DNA of 63,896 nt, filler included, from Octopus bimaculoides (Eukaryota), in NCBI RefSeq assembly GCF_001194135.2. It is 8 parts of 8 records of this genome, joined end to end, with 100 filler letters (N's around TTAATTAATTAA, not from the genome) between each part and the next. Parts side by side here need not be neighbours in the genome. Positions count along the whole stretch, not along the records: positions 1 to 9,056 come from NC_068990.1; positions 9,157 to 16,571 come from NC_068989.1; 6 more parts are not named here. One strand, written 5' to 3'. The notes below the pieces were generated by a model. The model searched no databases. It had not been told where the DNA came from and saw nothing but the letters and a program-made list of their open reading frames with translations. The translations under genes were made by a program, and so were the position numbers. Below are positions 1 to 11,663 of the stretch, in pieces; position 1 is the first letter of the stretch, and each line of letters starts with the position of its first letter.

Positions 1-694
1 TATATATATATATATATGTATGTACACATTCATTCATATTATTGTTTATATATTTTATATATACACACATATATCATAAATGGTACATTTTATTTATTCA
101 TTAATGTCCCTTCGTGTATATGTGCGAGTTTATATCTATGTGTTTGCATGAGCATGTGAGTGTTTGTGTGAATGTGTGTGTGTGTAAACAAGACACTAAC
201 CTAGACGGACGGTTATATCTGCTGTCTTGGTCAGTTAGAAATAGCAGCCAAATTTCTTCACATCACCAGTCGATCACAATTCTGAAGTCTTTGAACATAG
301 GTGTGCTCAATCGGGGCTGATCTAGGCTCATCAGTTTGACAGAAGACATGGGTACTGTCCTGTTTTTCTTTTTCATGATCTTTAGTTCGACTCATCGTAT
401 ATCACTGATGTCTGTTCCCATTACCGTTCTAAACGCTATATATGCATAAATATATCAAGACGAGCATAATTCTCATATAATACAGACAAATATACATCAG
501 ATTATAGACATACAAACATGGTCATCATATATACATACACACAGAGACATGCACATGCAAACACACATGTATATTTATATACGCATACATAAATAAAATG
601 GATGCATATATACATACATACAGACGTACATATCTATGTATGTATGTATGCTTTACATACAAACATACAGACGTACATATCTATGTATGTATGC

Positions 695-770
<76 letters not shown>

Positions 771-797
771 TAAACATAAATACATCACAGGTTTGGC

Positions 798-1130
798 ATT
801 TCGTCGGTTACGATGACGAGTGTTCCAGTTGATCTGATCAAGGGAACAGCCTGCTCGTGAAATTAAGGTGCAAGTAGCTGTGACTTCTATAGACGCACGT
901 ACCTTTAATGTACGTTCCCGGGAGGGGAGGGGAGGAGACTCAGCATGATTTAGAATGTGACGAGGCTGGCCCTTTGAAATGTAGGTACCACTCATTTTTG
1001 CCCGCTGAGTGAGCAGGAGCTACGAGAAATTAAGTAACTTGTCCAAGGACACAACGCACCGATCAGGAATCGAACTCAAGACCTTATAATCGTTAGCTGA
1101 ATACCTCTAATAACTGAACCACGCGTCTTC
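798..1130 (-). mobile_element. tRNA-derived SINE, family A, near full length
   Basis: The minus strand begins GAAGACGCGTGGTTCAG with B-box GAGTTCGATTCC, followed by a GTGTCCTTGGACAAG box. The body is shared with 55562-55881, 58583-58692 and the 3' half of 45054-45314. Confidence 0.85.
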
Positions 1131-1554
1131 ACACACACACACACACACACATATAACACATTGATGCACATACATACATAGACATATATAACACATTCAC
1201 GCATACACACATATATATAAGTTAGATGCATAAACATACATATAGGCATATATAACATACATAAACGCACACACACATACATGGTTATACATACATACAT
1301 ACATACATACATACATAAAGAGTACAACTACGATAATTTCCAGGTACCCACCCATTGAATTATAATGTACCCCACAGACACTTGTCCGTTTGATCTTTTT
1401 AGGTAATTCTTATATAGGATTTCACACCCTTGTATAACTACACCCAGGTATCGACTTACCCCTACTCGCGACCGCCATCAAAATAGTAGGCCGGGCTTTT
1501 AAATAATATACACCCAATACCCCTAATAAAGCTTGGGTTGACATAAATCAAAGG

Positions 1555-1815
1555 CAGGGTTCCCAACTGGAGTCCATATGAACCTTGGGTGTCCGTGGAA
1601 GGTATCGTTGTTAAAATTTTTCTATAATAAATCGGTTATACTTCTACAACATACAAAATATTTTAACATTTATTATGCAGTTTCGAATAATATTCAATTA
1701 CAAAAATATAATAGGATATTTTAAACATCGAATGGCTGAGAGACCACTTGAATAAAAAGGGAATCATAAGGGTTCTATACGTAAAAAAATGGACTTCTGG
1801 TAGGATAGAAACCTG
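1555..1815. mobile_element. Degenerate hAT-type MITE related to 4490-4819
   Basis: Ends are CAGGGTTCCCAAC and GGATAGAAACCTG. Internal CCATATGAACC and CTATACGTAAAAAAA resemble the 4490 copy. No TSD is visible. Confidence 0.45.
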
Positions 1816-2632
1816 GAACCCATTATTGAATAGTGAATCTCTAAAACGCTCATTCGGTCATACCTGCGTCCATGTATACTCACATGCGCGCGCGCACACA
1901 CACATATATGCATATATATGTGTGTGCGCATATATANNNNNNNNNNNNNNNNNNNNNNNNNNNNNNNNNNNNNNNNNNNNNNNNNNNNNNNNNNNNNNNN
2001 NNNNNNNNNNNNNNNNNNNNNNNNNNNNNNNNNNNNNNNNNNNNNNNNNNNNNNNNNNNNNNNNNNNNNNNNNNNNNNNNNNNNNNNNNNNNNNNNNNNN
2101 NNNNNNNNNNNNNNNNNNNNNNNNNNNNNNNNNNNNNNNNNNNNNNNNNNNNNNNNNNNNNNNNNNNNNNNNNNNNNNNNNNNNNNNNNNNNNNNNNNNN
2201 NNNNNNNNNNNNNNNNNNNNNNNNNNNNNNNNNNNNNNNNNNNNNNNNNNNNNNNNNNNNNNNNNNNNNNNNNNNNNNNNNNNNNNNNNNNNNNNNNNAT
2301 ATATATATATATATATATACACGCATAGACATACATAAATATACATATATACACATACATGTGCATACATGTAAATCGATATTTAAATTTACCGTATATG
2401 ACATATGTGATTATAGTTACTCTCATATACTTCAACACATACAAACATACACAAGCACACATACACACACACATGTACATACAAATTTTAACACACCAAC
2501 CGCTCGAAACAATCAAATTCATGGACACTAAACACACTTACTGGCCGAATTACACATCTATATATTTCTAACGGAACTCATTAACTCGCTCTTTCACACA
2601 CAGGTATATGCAGATGGAGACAAATGCGTTCA

Positions 2633-2693
<61 letters not shown>

Positions 2694-3110
2694 TCGAATA
2701 CACGTAAAATTATATATACATATTAAAACACTATTACGATTATATTCATACTCGCTCACACATTCAAGTACATAGGAGCATGAAAATACAAATTACGCAC
2801 TCTTGAAAAGTAAAAAAATGTGTGTATACATGCATACATACATACATACATACATACATGCATACATACATGCATACATACATACATACATACATACATA
2901 CATGCATGCATGCATACAAATAATTTAGTATAGTAAGACATACATAAATCATTTATACATTTATATGCCCAAATACACACACATTTCCAAATGCANNNNN
3001 NNNNNTATAGTAAGACATACATAAATCATTTATACATTTATATGCACAAATACACACACATTTCCAAATGCACATACACTAACTGCAACCACAAACACGC
3101 CCACATACAT

Positions 3111-3143
<33 letters not shown>

Positions 3144-4489
3144 TACACACATACATACATACATACATACATACATACATACATACATACATACGGCGCT
3201 GTATTTTCATACAAAAATAAACTAAATCGGTCCCCTGTTTGTGCCGATGAGTATTACATATTTCTAATCAACTGAGCTGCTTATTCAGTGGATTATGTAT
3301 AATATAAATAGTTGAGTATTGCTCAGACAGTTTTTATTCCTTAATGAAATACTCAGACCGAACGGAACAGGTGAAGTCTATGTGTTGGTTTTTCCATAAT
3401 CTCGACGCCCCAATTTCCTTTTTAAGGCTTAGATAAACCCGATGGTAAAAGACACTTGTTCAAGATGCCAAGTAATGGAATAGAAACTGGAACCTAACGA
3501 TTGCAAAGGGAACTTCTTAACCGCTCAGCAATGTCCGTATCCAATCACACGTATAAATACTGCTCTGCAGATATGAAACCCCTCCCCACAAATCAGTAGG
3601 AAACAAAATATTTATGGACAACCACTTGTGTTCCAGTAGCTTCTCTATCCTGATTTTAATTTCAAATTTTTTCCCCAATAGTTAGGTACACTCGGTTATT
3701 TTTAATAAATGTCTGGGTGACAATCTGGAAAAGAATTATGAAGCTAAGGAAAATACTGGCTAACACATAACAAATATAATCTGTAAGTGGAACATTAAAG
3801 CTATGAAAAATTTTCCGGAAGTTCAGCATAACAATTATTGTTATCCAAGTACCAGCGATGGAGCTTCTGTTTCTTTGGGAGAAACCTACTCCTTCATTCT
3901 AGGAAGACTTTTAATTAATAAATAAACTAAATAAATAAATAAATAAAAAACGCCGTACATATATGCATACATTCATCTGCTATGACGCACATTACAAATA
4001 CATTCTGTAAGCGGAACAGTAAAAATATGCAAGACTTTTCTCAAGCGAATTAGTTTTTTATGTACATTCCAAAGATGTTGCTTTGTATCTTAGTTTGAAA
4101 AGTAGCACTTTCCCTGCTAGAAACTTCGAATAATTAAAAATAGAAGAGAACGTACAAAAGTACATGGGTGGAGGTGTAGCAATGTAATTTTGAGTTCAGT
4201 CTCAAGATCACCTCGTGCAAATGTTTTTTTTTAATAATAGCCTCGGTCCGACCAAAGAATTGTGAGTGGATTTGGTTAACAGAAACTGAAAGAAGCCCGT
4301 CAGATATGCGTGCGTGTGTATGTGTGTATGTATGTGTGTGTGTGTGTGTGTTTGTCACTCACCACCGCTTGACAACTGGTGTTGTTATGTTTACGTCCTT
4401 GTAACAGAGCGGGGCGACAAAAAGAGACTGATAGAATAAGTACTGGGATAGTTTGTTCGAGTAAATCCCAGCATGACTACAGTCTAGTG

Positions 4490-4819
4490 CAGTGGTTCTC
4501 AACCGGGTTCCATATGACCCCCCGGGGGTTCATCTAAGGCTTTTGGGGTCCACATGAACAAAGCAGTAAATTAGGTCCTTGGTATTATTTTAAGAGACCA
4601 TGAAGAAATTTTGCTATAGACCCATTTATTACTAGGTTTCTTTTTCTGTTGTACATAATCCAGCCTACATAAGTTAATTTGTGAAATACAAACTAGGAAT
4701 TTTGAAAGAAGTGTCTATAAAATTAGTTAGTAAGCATTAAATAGCTATTGGGGTCCACCATAATAAAATAGTAACCAAATGATTCCATACGTAAAAAAAA
4801 AAATGATTGAGAATCCCTG
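4490..4819. mobile_element. hAT (Charlie-like) MITE
   Basis: TIRs are CAGTGGTTCTCAACC and GATTGAGAATCCCTG. The 8-bp TSD GTCTAGTG lies at 4482-4489 and 5001-5008, the right copy having been displaced by the second MITE. Confidence 0.85.
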
Positions 4820-4826
4820 GTCTAGT

Positions 4827-4999
4827 CACTAGCGTACCTGAGGCGGTCCGCCCCGGGCGACACTTTTAAAGGGGTGGCACTACTTGTTGTAGGCTGTTGC
4901 TGTGGGCTATTTGCCGTAGGCAGTATGTGGTGTTTATGGGGTCCGGGGCGGCAAACGGAAGGGCCGCCCTGGACGGCACACACTTAAGCTACGCTAGTG
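4827..4999. mobile_element. Second hAT-type MITE
   Basis: Perfect 10-bp TIRs CACTAGCGTA / TACGCTAGTG. Perfect 8-bp TSD GGTCTAGT at 4819-4826 and 5000-5007. GC-rich interior. Confidence 0.85.
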
Positions 5000-5802
5000 G
5001 GTCTAGTGTCTGAAACAAGCAAAAGACGCATACACATATACATACATACGTTCGCACGTTCATACATATATACATACATACCTATGTAGTTGGACATGAA
5101 CCCACTCCCAACATACACACGTAGCCACACTCATACACGCAAATACGATTTAGTGGTTAAGAAGCTCGCTTCAGTCATGAAGTGCCGGGGATCAAAACTG
5201 ACTGCATGACATTTGGGGAAAGAGTCTTTTTAACTGAAATTTATAAGAGCGACAGAGACGGAAATACATCTGAATGAATGTTCTAGTAAGTCAGGGCACA
5301 AACCTTGCCAACACACTATGGTACATTAATTCCACCTGAGGATTACGTTAATGCAACAAGTGACTGCGGAATACAAGCTTTGACGACATATTAGTTCAAA
5401 TTCAGTTGATCGATAAGCTAAAATATTCGTCGTCTAAACCGACTGAGATCCATTTTAAACATACAAACACACCCACCCACGCGCGCGCACACACACACAC
5501 ACACATGTGTACACACCCTATATACAAGCAGCAAACCATCTTTTTTTCACATGCTCACACGGATATATAGATTCACATCGACACATTCTCACACCCAAAC
5601 ACACACATACACACACGTAGCGCACACACACCAATACACACACACACATACATACACGTATCTGTACACGTATCCCCCAAACACAGACACAAACATTCAC
5701 ATAGACATGTATATGAGCCTGAATGGTTATATCTATGTGTACGGTTTATAAGGACGCTTATGTGTGTGTGTACATACACACAGACATGTATACGTATACA
5801 TA

Positions 5803-5837
<35 letters not shown>

Positions 5838-5849
5838 AAACACACACAT

Positions 5850-5887
<38 letters not shown>

Positions 5888-6720
5888 GCATTCATGTGAA
5901 GACACAGATAGACTCAAGCATGTATACCGACATAACCCATTCACTGAAACACGCACACAGACACATTGATACACATATACATGCAGACGTTCCCCCCCCN
6001 NNNNNNNNNNNNNNNNNNNNNNNNCCCCGCCGCCATGATAACATCCCACCTTTGAAGTTAACATACTTTTTTATTTTATTTTATTTTACTTTTTTGATAT
6101 TTCTCTTCTTCTTCTTCAGTCATTATATATTATCCCTTTCTCTATCACCCACTCATGTCAACTAGTGATTCCAGACAGCTTCTTGCCTTCATTTATTCTC
6201 CCCTTCTTTCTCTCCCCCTCTGTCTCTCTCTCTCTCTCTTCCTCCCTCCTTCCCTCTCTCTCACTTTTCCTCTCTCTACCTGTCTCCCGCTGTCTCTCTG
6301 TTTCTCTCTCTCTCATGTTATCTTTCTTATTCTCTCATTTATCTTCACACATTCACACACGCACACTCTCTTTCTGTCTCACTCTTTTTTTAGCCATTTT
6401 TACTCTTTCCCTCCCTCACTGAAAGCATTTCTTTCATTCACTCTCTCTCTCTCACTTACCCTCTCCCTCTCTCTGTCTCTGTCGGTCTCTCTCCCTCTCT
6501 CTGTCTCTGTCGGTCTCTCTCCCTCTCTCTGTGACATTCATCTGGATTTTAATTCATTCAATTCAAATGGCTTACTCTCTCACTCCCTCGCCGTCTTTCT
6601 CTTTTTTTAATGTCTTCTAATCTCCTACACACTCCCTCTCACTCTCATTTCTTAGACACATTTTCTTTGCCTCTCTTTTTCTCTCCTTGTCTCTTATACT
6701 TTCTTCCTACACACACACAC

Positions 6721-6757
<37 letters not shown>

Positions 6758-6985
6758 TTCTCTGTGAATTTCTTCTTTTGCCTTTGTCTTTTACCGTCTC
6801 TTTCTCCTTCCCTCTCTTACCAAAGCCATTTGTTTTATTTTTTCAATCACTCCTTTTCTACACCTGTATTTCAGCTTTTTTTAAATATTCAATCCGCTCT
6901 CATTTCCCCGTCCTTTTCTCTGTCTATCTGTTTTCGCCCCTCCTCTCTGTCTCCCTCTGTCCCCACCTCTCTCTGTCTCTGCCTG

Positions 6986-7052
<67 letters not shown>

Positions 7053-7379
7053 NNNNNNNNNNNNNNNNNNNNNNNNNNNNNNNNNNNNNNNNNNNNNNNN
7101 NNNNNNNNNNNNNNNNNNNNNNNNNNNNNNNNNNNNNNNNNNNNNNNNNNNNNNNNNNNNNNNNNNNNNNNNNNNNNNNNNNNNNNNNNNNNNNNNNNNN
7201 NNNNNNNNNNNNNNNNNNNNNNNNNNNNNNNNNNNNNNNNNNNNNNNNNNNNNNNNNNNNNNNNNNNNNNNNNNNNNNNNNNNNNNNNNNNNNNNNNNNN
7301 NNNNNNNNNNNNATTTTACACACCCTAACCTATTTAAAAAATGCATACATACATACATACATTTCTTCACAGCTACACT

Positions 7380-7425
<46 letters not shown>

Positions 7426-7681
7426 CACACACATGCACACTCAACCACACACTTAAGTCTGTTCCACTCCGTGTCTTTCACTGACTTCGTACAAACATTT
7501 TAAGAGATGTATTCCTTTTTGTTGAAAAGTTATCGATTTTATGTTCGAAAAAAATCAATAAATTCTCTGTTATTTATTACAAAATAAAATTTTTTGAAAC
7601 GTTGCAGCCTTTGGTCGTGCCGTCTCGTTCTTCAGCAGAATCCTTTCATCTAAAACTCGGGGATCTCAATCAGCTTTTCTC

Positions 7682-7743
<62 letters not shown>

Positions 7744-7899
7744 AATGTTATTTTTATTATATTCTCGGTTATATATTTACTTATTTATTTTTTGCAGGTG
7801 GGCATCGTTTTTCCTGGATATTATGGTTTAATTTCTGGGTTTCGAAGCTGATCCTGTGATCTGGGTTTGATTATTGTGGCTCACTCTCGCTGTATATAT

Positions 7900-7930
<31 letters not shown>

Positions 7931-8290
7931 CCCCACCAGCTAGATAAATAATTTCAACTCTCAACTGTTGCTTAAAGAGAATGCAAGCGGGGTAGCGAGT
8001 GGCAATGAAACACATTAATCCTGTCTGCTTTTATAAAGAAGTGGAAGAACCAAGAAAGAAATGAATAAATAAATGAAAGAAAGAAAGAAAGAAAGGAAGA
8101 AAATAAAGTGAAAACAAGAAAGAAAATAGTTTCGCGTAATTTAAATGAAAATCAGCTGCTGATATCAGTTATCGAACATTATGTATCATGTACGTATGTA
8201 TATATATGATTCTATGTGTTTGTACACTTGCATGAGAGTGGATGGATGTAAAATACACCTACGCCCATACATACATACGCTCATATGTGT

Positions 8291-8328
<38 letters not shown>

Positions 8329-8749
8329 GGTGCAGGCTTGCTTCTATGTTTAAGAAGTCCGTTTCACACAAGATGGCTTGAAGTTCGGTCCTATAGTGCA
8401 CGCAGCATTTCGGGCAAGTCACTTCTGCGATAGCCCCACCGGGCCAACTTCTATGGGAGTGAATCAATTTACTTGAAAGAAACTGTGGGGGAAGGCCATT
8501 GTACATACATACATGCATATATGTGTGTGTATATATATGTGTGTGCGCGTGTGTGTGTGTGCATATATTTATATGCATGCATGTGTATATATTTACATGT
8601 ATGTATATATGTGTGTGTGTTGTGTGTGTGTGTTCTGTCAGAATGGACTAAACAGAACAAGATGAGACACGTGTGATGGAGAACCACCGAAGAGGTCACA
8701 AGTTGTGTAACAAAAGATTTCAGACAAAGGACACTAAAATAATAATAAT

Positions 8750-8961
8750 GGTTTCAAATTTTGAGACAAGGGAAGCTATTTTGGGGGAAGGGATGAGTCG
8801 ATTACATCGACCCCAGTATTTCACCGGTACTTAGTTTATTGACCCTGAAAGAATGAAAGGTAAAGTCGACCTCGGCGAAATTTGAACTCAAAACGTAGCG
8901 GCAGACAAAATACCATTAAGCATTTCACCCGGCGTGCTAACGTTTCTGCCAGCTCGCCGCC
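8750..8961 (-). mobile_element. tRNA-derived SINE, family C
   Basis: The minus strand reads GGCGGCGAGCTGGCAGAAACGTTAGCACGCCGGG...GAGTTCAAATTTCGCCGAGGTCGACTTT. It matches 53514-53916, 54947-55172, 56950-57156 and 61344-61447. Confidence 0.85.
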
Positions 8962-9011
8962 TTAATAATAATGATAATAAAGCTGAAATAAAGACCAAGT
9001 ATATATATATA

Positions 9012-9056
<45 letters not shown>

Positions 9057-9156
9057 NNNNNNNNNNNNNNNNNNNNNNNNNNNNNNNNNNNNNNNNNNNN
9101 TTAATTAATTAANNNNNNNNNNNNNNNNNNNNNNNNNNNNNNNNNNNNNNNNNNNN
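9057..9156. other. Assembly linker N44-TTAATTAATTAA-N44 (first of seven)
   Basis: The same 12-mer occurs between N runs at 9101, 16616, 44998, 53962, 59114, 61231 and 62729. It has stop codons in all six frames. Confidence 0.95.
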
Positions 9157-9227
<71 letters not shown>

Positions 9228-9663
9228 TCAATTAATTTATCTCACAAATCCAAGTCATAGGTTGCTATGGCAAGTAATAAATCTATGAGTGTGCATTTAT
9301 TTACGAAATGCAGCTGGTATCTCGCCGCGTGTCAATATCTCATTAATTTTATTTATTGCAGCAATGAAGAAGATGAATCTTTGTACTTTAAGTTACAGAG
9401 AGATGTCCGACAAAGCTGCCCAGCATTATAATAGTGCACTTAAACTGAGTGAGCGGAGAGATATGATGTATGAAATAAAAATTGCATACGTCTAAGCTGG
9501 ACCATAAATTTTACAATATTCCGATTTATTTCATGAAGTAGTAGTTTCTAATGTAAGTAGTATTTTCCAAACACAGTATCACAAACCACTAGGTACAACT
9601 ACGACATCTCAATGCTCAAAAGTAAATTCTCAAAAATAAATTAGGAAATATTTGGATGATATC

Positions 9664-10058
9664 GACTTACTCTTTTACTCTTTTACTTGTTTCAGTCATT
9701 TGACTGTGGCCATGCTGGAGCACTGCCTTTAGTCGAGCAAATCGACCCCAGGATTTATTCTTTGTAAGCCTAGTACTTATTCTATTTGTCTATTTTGCCG
9801 AACCGCTAGGTTACGGGACCTAAACACACCAGCATCGGTTGTCAAGCGTTGTTGGCGGGACAAACACAGACACACAAACATATACACACACATACATATA
9901 TATACATATACATATACATATATACGACAGGCTTCTTTCAGCTTCCGTCTACCAAATCCACTCACAAGGCTTTGGTCGGCCCGAGGTTATATTGCAAGAC
10001 ACTTGCCCAAGGTGCCACGCAGCTGGACTGAACCCGGAACCATGTGTTTGGTTACCAT
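9664..10058 (-). mobile_element. SINE family B, near full length, with internal (TA/TG)n and (TAAAAGAG)n tail
   Basis: Head CATGGTTCCGGGTTCAGTCC...CCTTGGGCAAGTGTCTTG; 3' part GCTCCAGCATGGCCACAGTCAAATGACTGAAACAAGTAAAAGAG. Confidence 0.9.
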
Positions 10059-10304
10059 CACTGACGGGGATAAGAACACTTTTATGCATGGACAACTGTC
10101 AGTATGCCTAAAAGGTTATTGCCGATCCTTATATATACAGTGCAGATGCATGATCAATCTTGCCCGACGGGGGAGCTCTTGAACTGAAATTTTGTAGGTA
10201 AAACTGTGTATTTAAATAAAAGGTAGCTACTTAGATTATCCCGAAGAGTAAACGACTAGACAACCTATATTTTATTTCCTGTTTGAAGCAAATTATGTTG
10301 TACA

Positions 10305-10490
10305 GTTCTATATATAAGAGATGAGGAATAATGTACATTATTTACATTATTTACATTTGACGGATATTTGTCCTCATATTGTTCGTTGTTAACACAACGT
10401 TCCAGCTAATATACCCTCCAGCCTTCATCAGGTGTCTTGGGGGAATTTCGAACCTGGGTTCCCATTCCTAATGTATTTTTCATGTTGTTG
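10305..10490 (-). mobile_element. Short repeat carrying a hammerhead motif (copy 1; copy 2 at 45527-45720)
   Basis: The reverse complement aligns end to end with 45527-45720. It starts after (AAT)n and ends in (AATGTAAAT)n. Confidence 0.8.
10391..10436 (-). ncRNA. Minimal type I hammerhead ribozyme motif, core mutated (GAAA to GGAA)
   Basis: Minus strand: GACAC CTGATGA A GGCTG gagggtatat TAGCT GGAA CGTT GTGTT. Stem I is GACAC/GTGTT and stem II is kept with G-U pairs. Confidence 0.55.
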
Positions 10491-10580
<90 letters not shown>

Positions 10581-10581
<1 letters not shown>

Positions 10582-10711
10582 GCCCACGGGCATAGTTGTT
10601 AAGAGCGCAGGCTACTAACCCCAAGATTCCGAGTTCCATTCCAGGCATTGACCTGAATAATAATAATAATAATAATATTAATAACATCGAAAAATACCTC
10701 AGGAATGAGAA
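10581..10711 (+). mobile_element. tRNA-like SINE head + (AAT)n + start of the hammerhead-repeat body
   Basis: A-box-like GGCATAGTTGTTAAG and B-box-like GAGTTCCATTCC (10631-10642), then (AAT)n, then AACATCGAAAAATACCTCAGGAATGAGAA, which matches the start of 45527 and of the minus-strand copy at 10490. Confidence 0.65.
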
Positions 10712-10714
10712 GCC

Positions 10715-10880
10715 AGCTTACAGGCTAAGCGTTGGCCTCTGTATGGAAGCCCTGAATCTATTATGGACCATGACAAGGTGTAGGGAATATTTCTATTTTT
10801 GAGATGATGTATGTGACTGGTGAATGTTGTGAATTTACTGTGTTTCTCGTATCTAAAAGAATTGGAATTTACATACCACG
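10715..10880 (-). mobile_element. Penelope-like element GIY-YIG endonuclease fragment
   Basis: NSFRYEKHSKFTTFTSHIHHLKNRNIPYTLSWSIIDSGLPY...CKL resembles the PLE GIY-YIG C-terminal pattern SFR...T.LS.HIW.LK....Y.L.WSI....C.LC. Confidence 0.7.
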
Positions 10881-11076
10881 GACAGGAAGCATTTCTACCA
10901 CTTCTACACACCACTTTCATTGGATAATGGAACTGCAACTATAACATCTTTATACATTTTCATTTTTATTTCTACATTCATTCTCCTATTTCCCTATATA
11001 CTCCTTATTTGCTTCCTTTTCAAAAATAACTCCTGATATTGAACTCTAATATTTCCCTCTATTTAACAATCTCACA

Positions 11077-11128
11077 TAGTCTCTGATGAAGGGATATCAC
11101 TAATTTCCCAGAAACAGCTGTAAGCCTA
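11077..11128 (+). ncRNA. Minimal type I hammerhead ribozyme motif in a PLE-type 3' end
   Basis: TAGTCT CTGATGA A GGGA tatcactaatt TCCC A GAA ACAGCTGT A^AGCCTA. Core CUGAUGA is at 11083-11089, stem III is the palindrome ACAGCTGT, the cleavage triplet is GUA, and stem I pairs 5 of 6. Confidence 0.7.
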
Positions 11129-11288
11129 CCTTTCTCTTTATAAATGTCCTGAAAATTCCATACAGCCTTGGTTTTGTTGTCTCATTTTATTTAATATATA
11201 CATATATGTATATATATGTTTTCATAAATAGCAAAATTATTATTTCTAAATTTCTGAAAGAAAAAAATTCAGTAACAGTAGTCTAAAC

Positions 11289-11663
11289 TAAAGATTATTT
11301 GCCAACACAATGTGGCAGCATTGGTTAGGACGAATGTTGCTGTTATTTAGCCTCGGAAAACATCGTCTTTAGCTGGCTATCGATGCACCATCTGCGTCCT
11401 TATATTTTCGAACAAATGAGTTTAGTGTCGTCACTCAGCTGAGCAGTAATTCTGTGCTGATATAGGGAAATTACCCAGAAACCGCTAGTACACTAATGTT
11501 ACTCTCAGCTGAGTGGGGACACTAAACTCCCTTGTTTGAAAATATAAGGACTCAGATTGTGCGTCGATAGACAGCTGGAGATGTTGTTTCCTGGGGGGAG
11601 GCTAAATAGCAGTAACATTCTTCCTAACCAGGAGTGCCACATTATGTTGGCAAACAATCTTTA
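11289..11663. mobile_element. Foldback (palindromic) MITE-like element
   Basis: Arms 11289-11449 and 11499-11663 are reverse complements along their whole length (roughly 80-85% by eye) around a spacer of about 50 nt. Confidence 0.85.

Larger units (their letters stand above)
4238..5028 (+). mobile_element. SINE family B (partial), interrupted by two MITEs at 4490-4999
   Basis: GCCTCGGTCCGACCAAAG...GAAACTGAAAGAAGCCCGTC, then (TG)n, then CCGCTTGACAACTGGT...AGAATAAGTACT...CAGCATGACTACAGTCTAGTG. The SINE resumes as TCTGAAACAAGCAAAAGA at 5009. Confidence 0.8.

Noticed and set aside
2930-3070. Apparent direct repeat of about 65 bp (a similar case is at 61590-61692)
   Set aside because: The two copies flank a 10-N gap and differ by at most one base. 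This is most likely an unmerged contig or haplotype overlap.
7596-7640. Minus-strand CTGAAGA near AACGTTTC as another hammerhead (similar cases at about 35645 and about 59920)
   Set aside because: No stem II followed by GAAA can be built.
9101-9112. TTAATTAATTAA recurring seven times, like a conserved palindromic motif
   Set aside because: It always sits between N runs (44 + 12 + 44 = 100 bp where counted) and has stops in six frames, so it is an artificial contig-joining linker.
10581-10655. Possible bona fide tRNA gene (also the heads of SINE families A-C)
   Set aside because: A and B boxes are present, but there is no convincing acceptor-stem pairing or poly-T terminator, and they run into SINE bodies.
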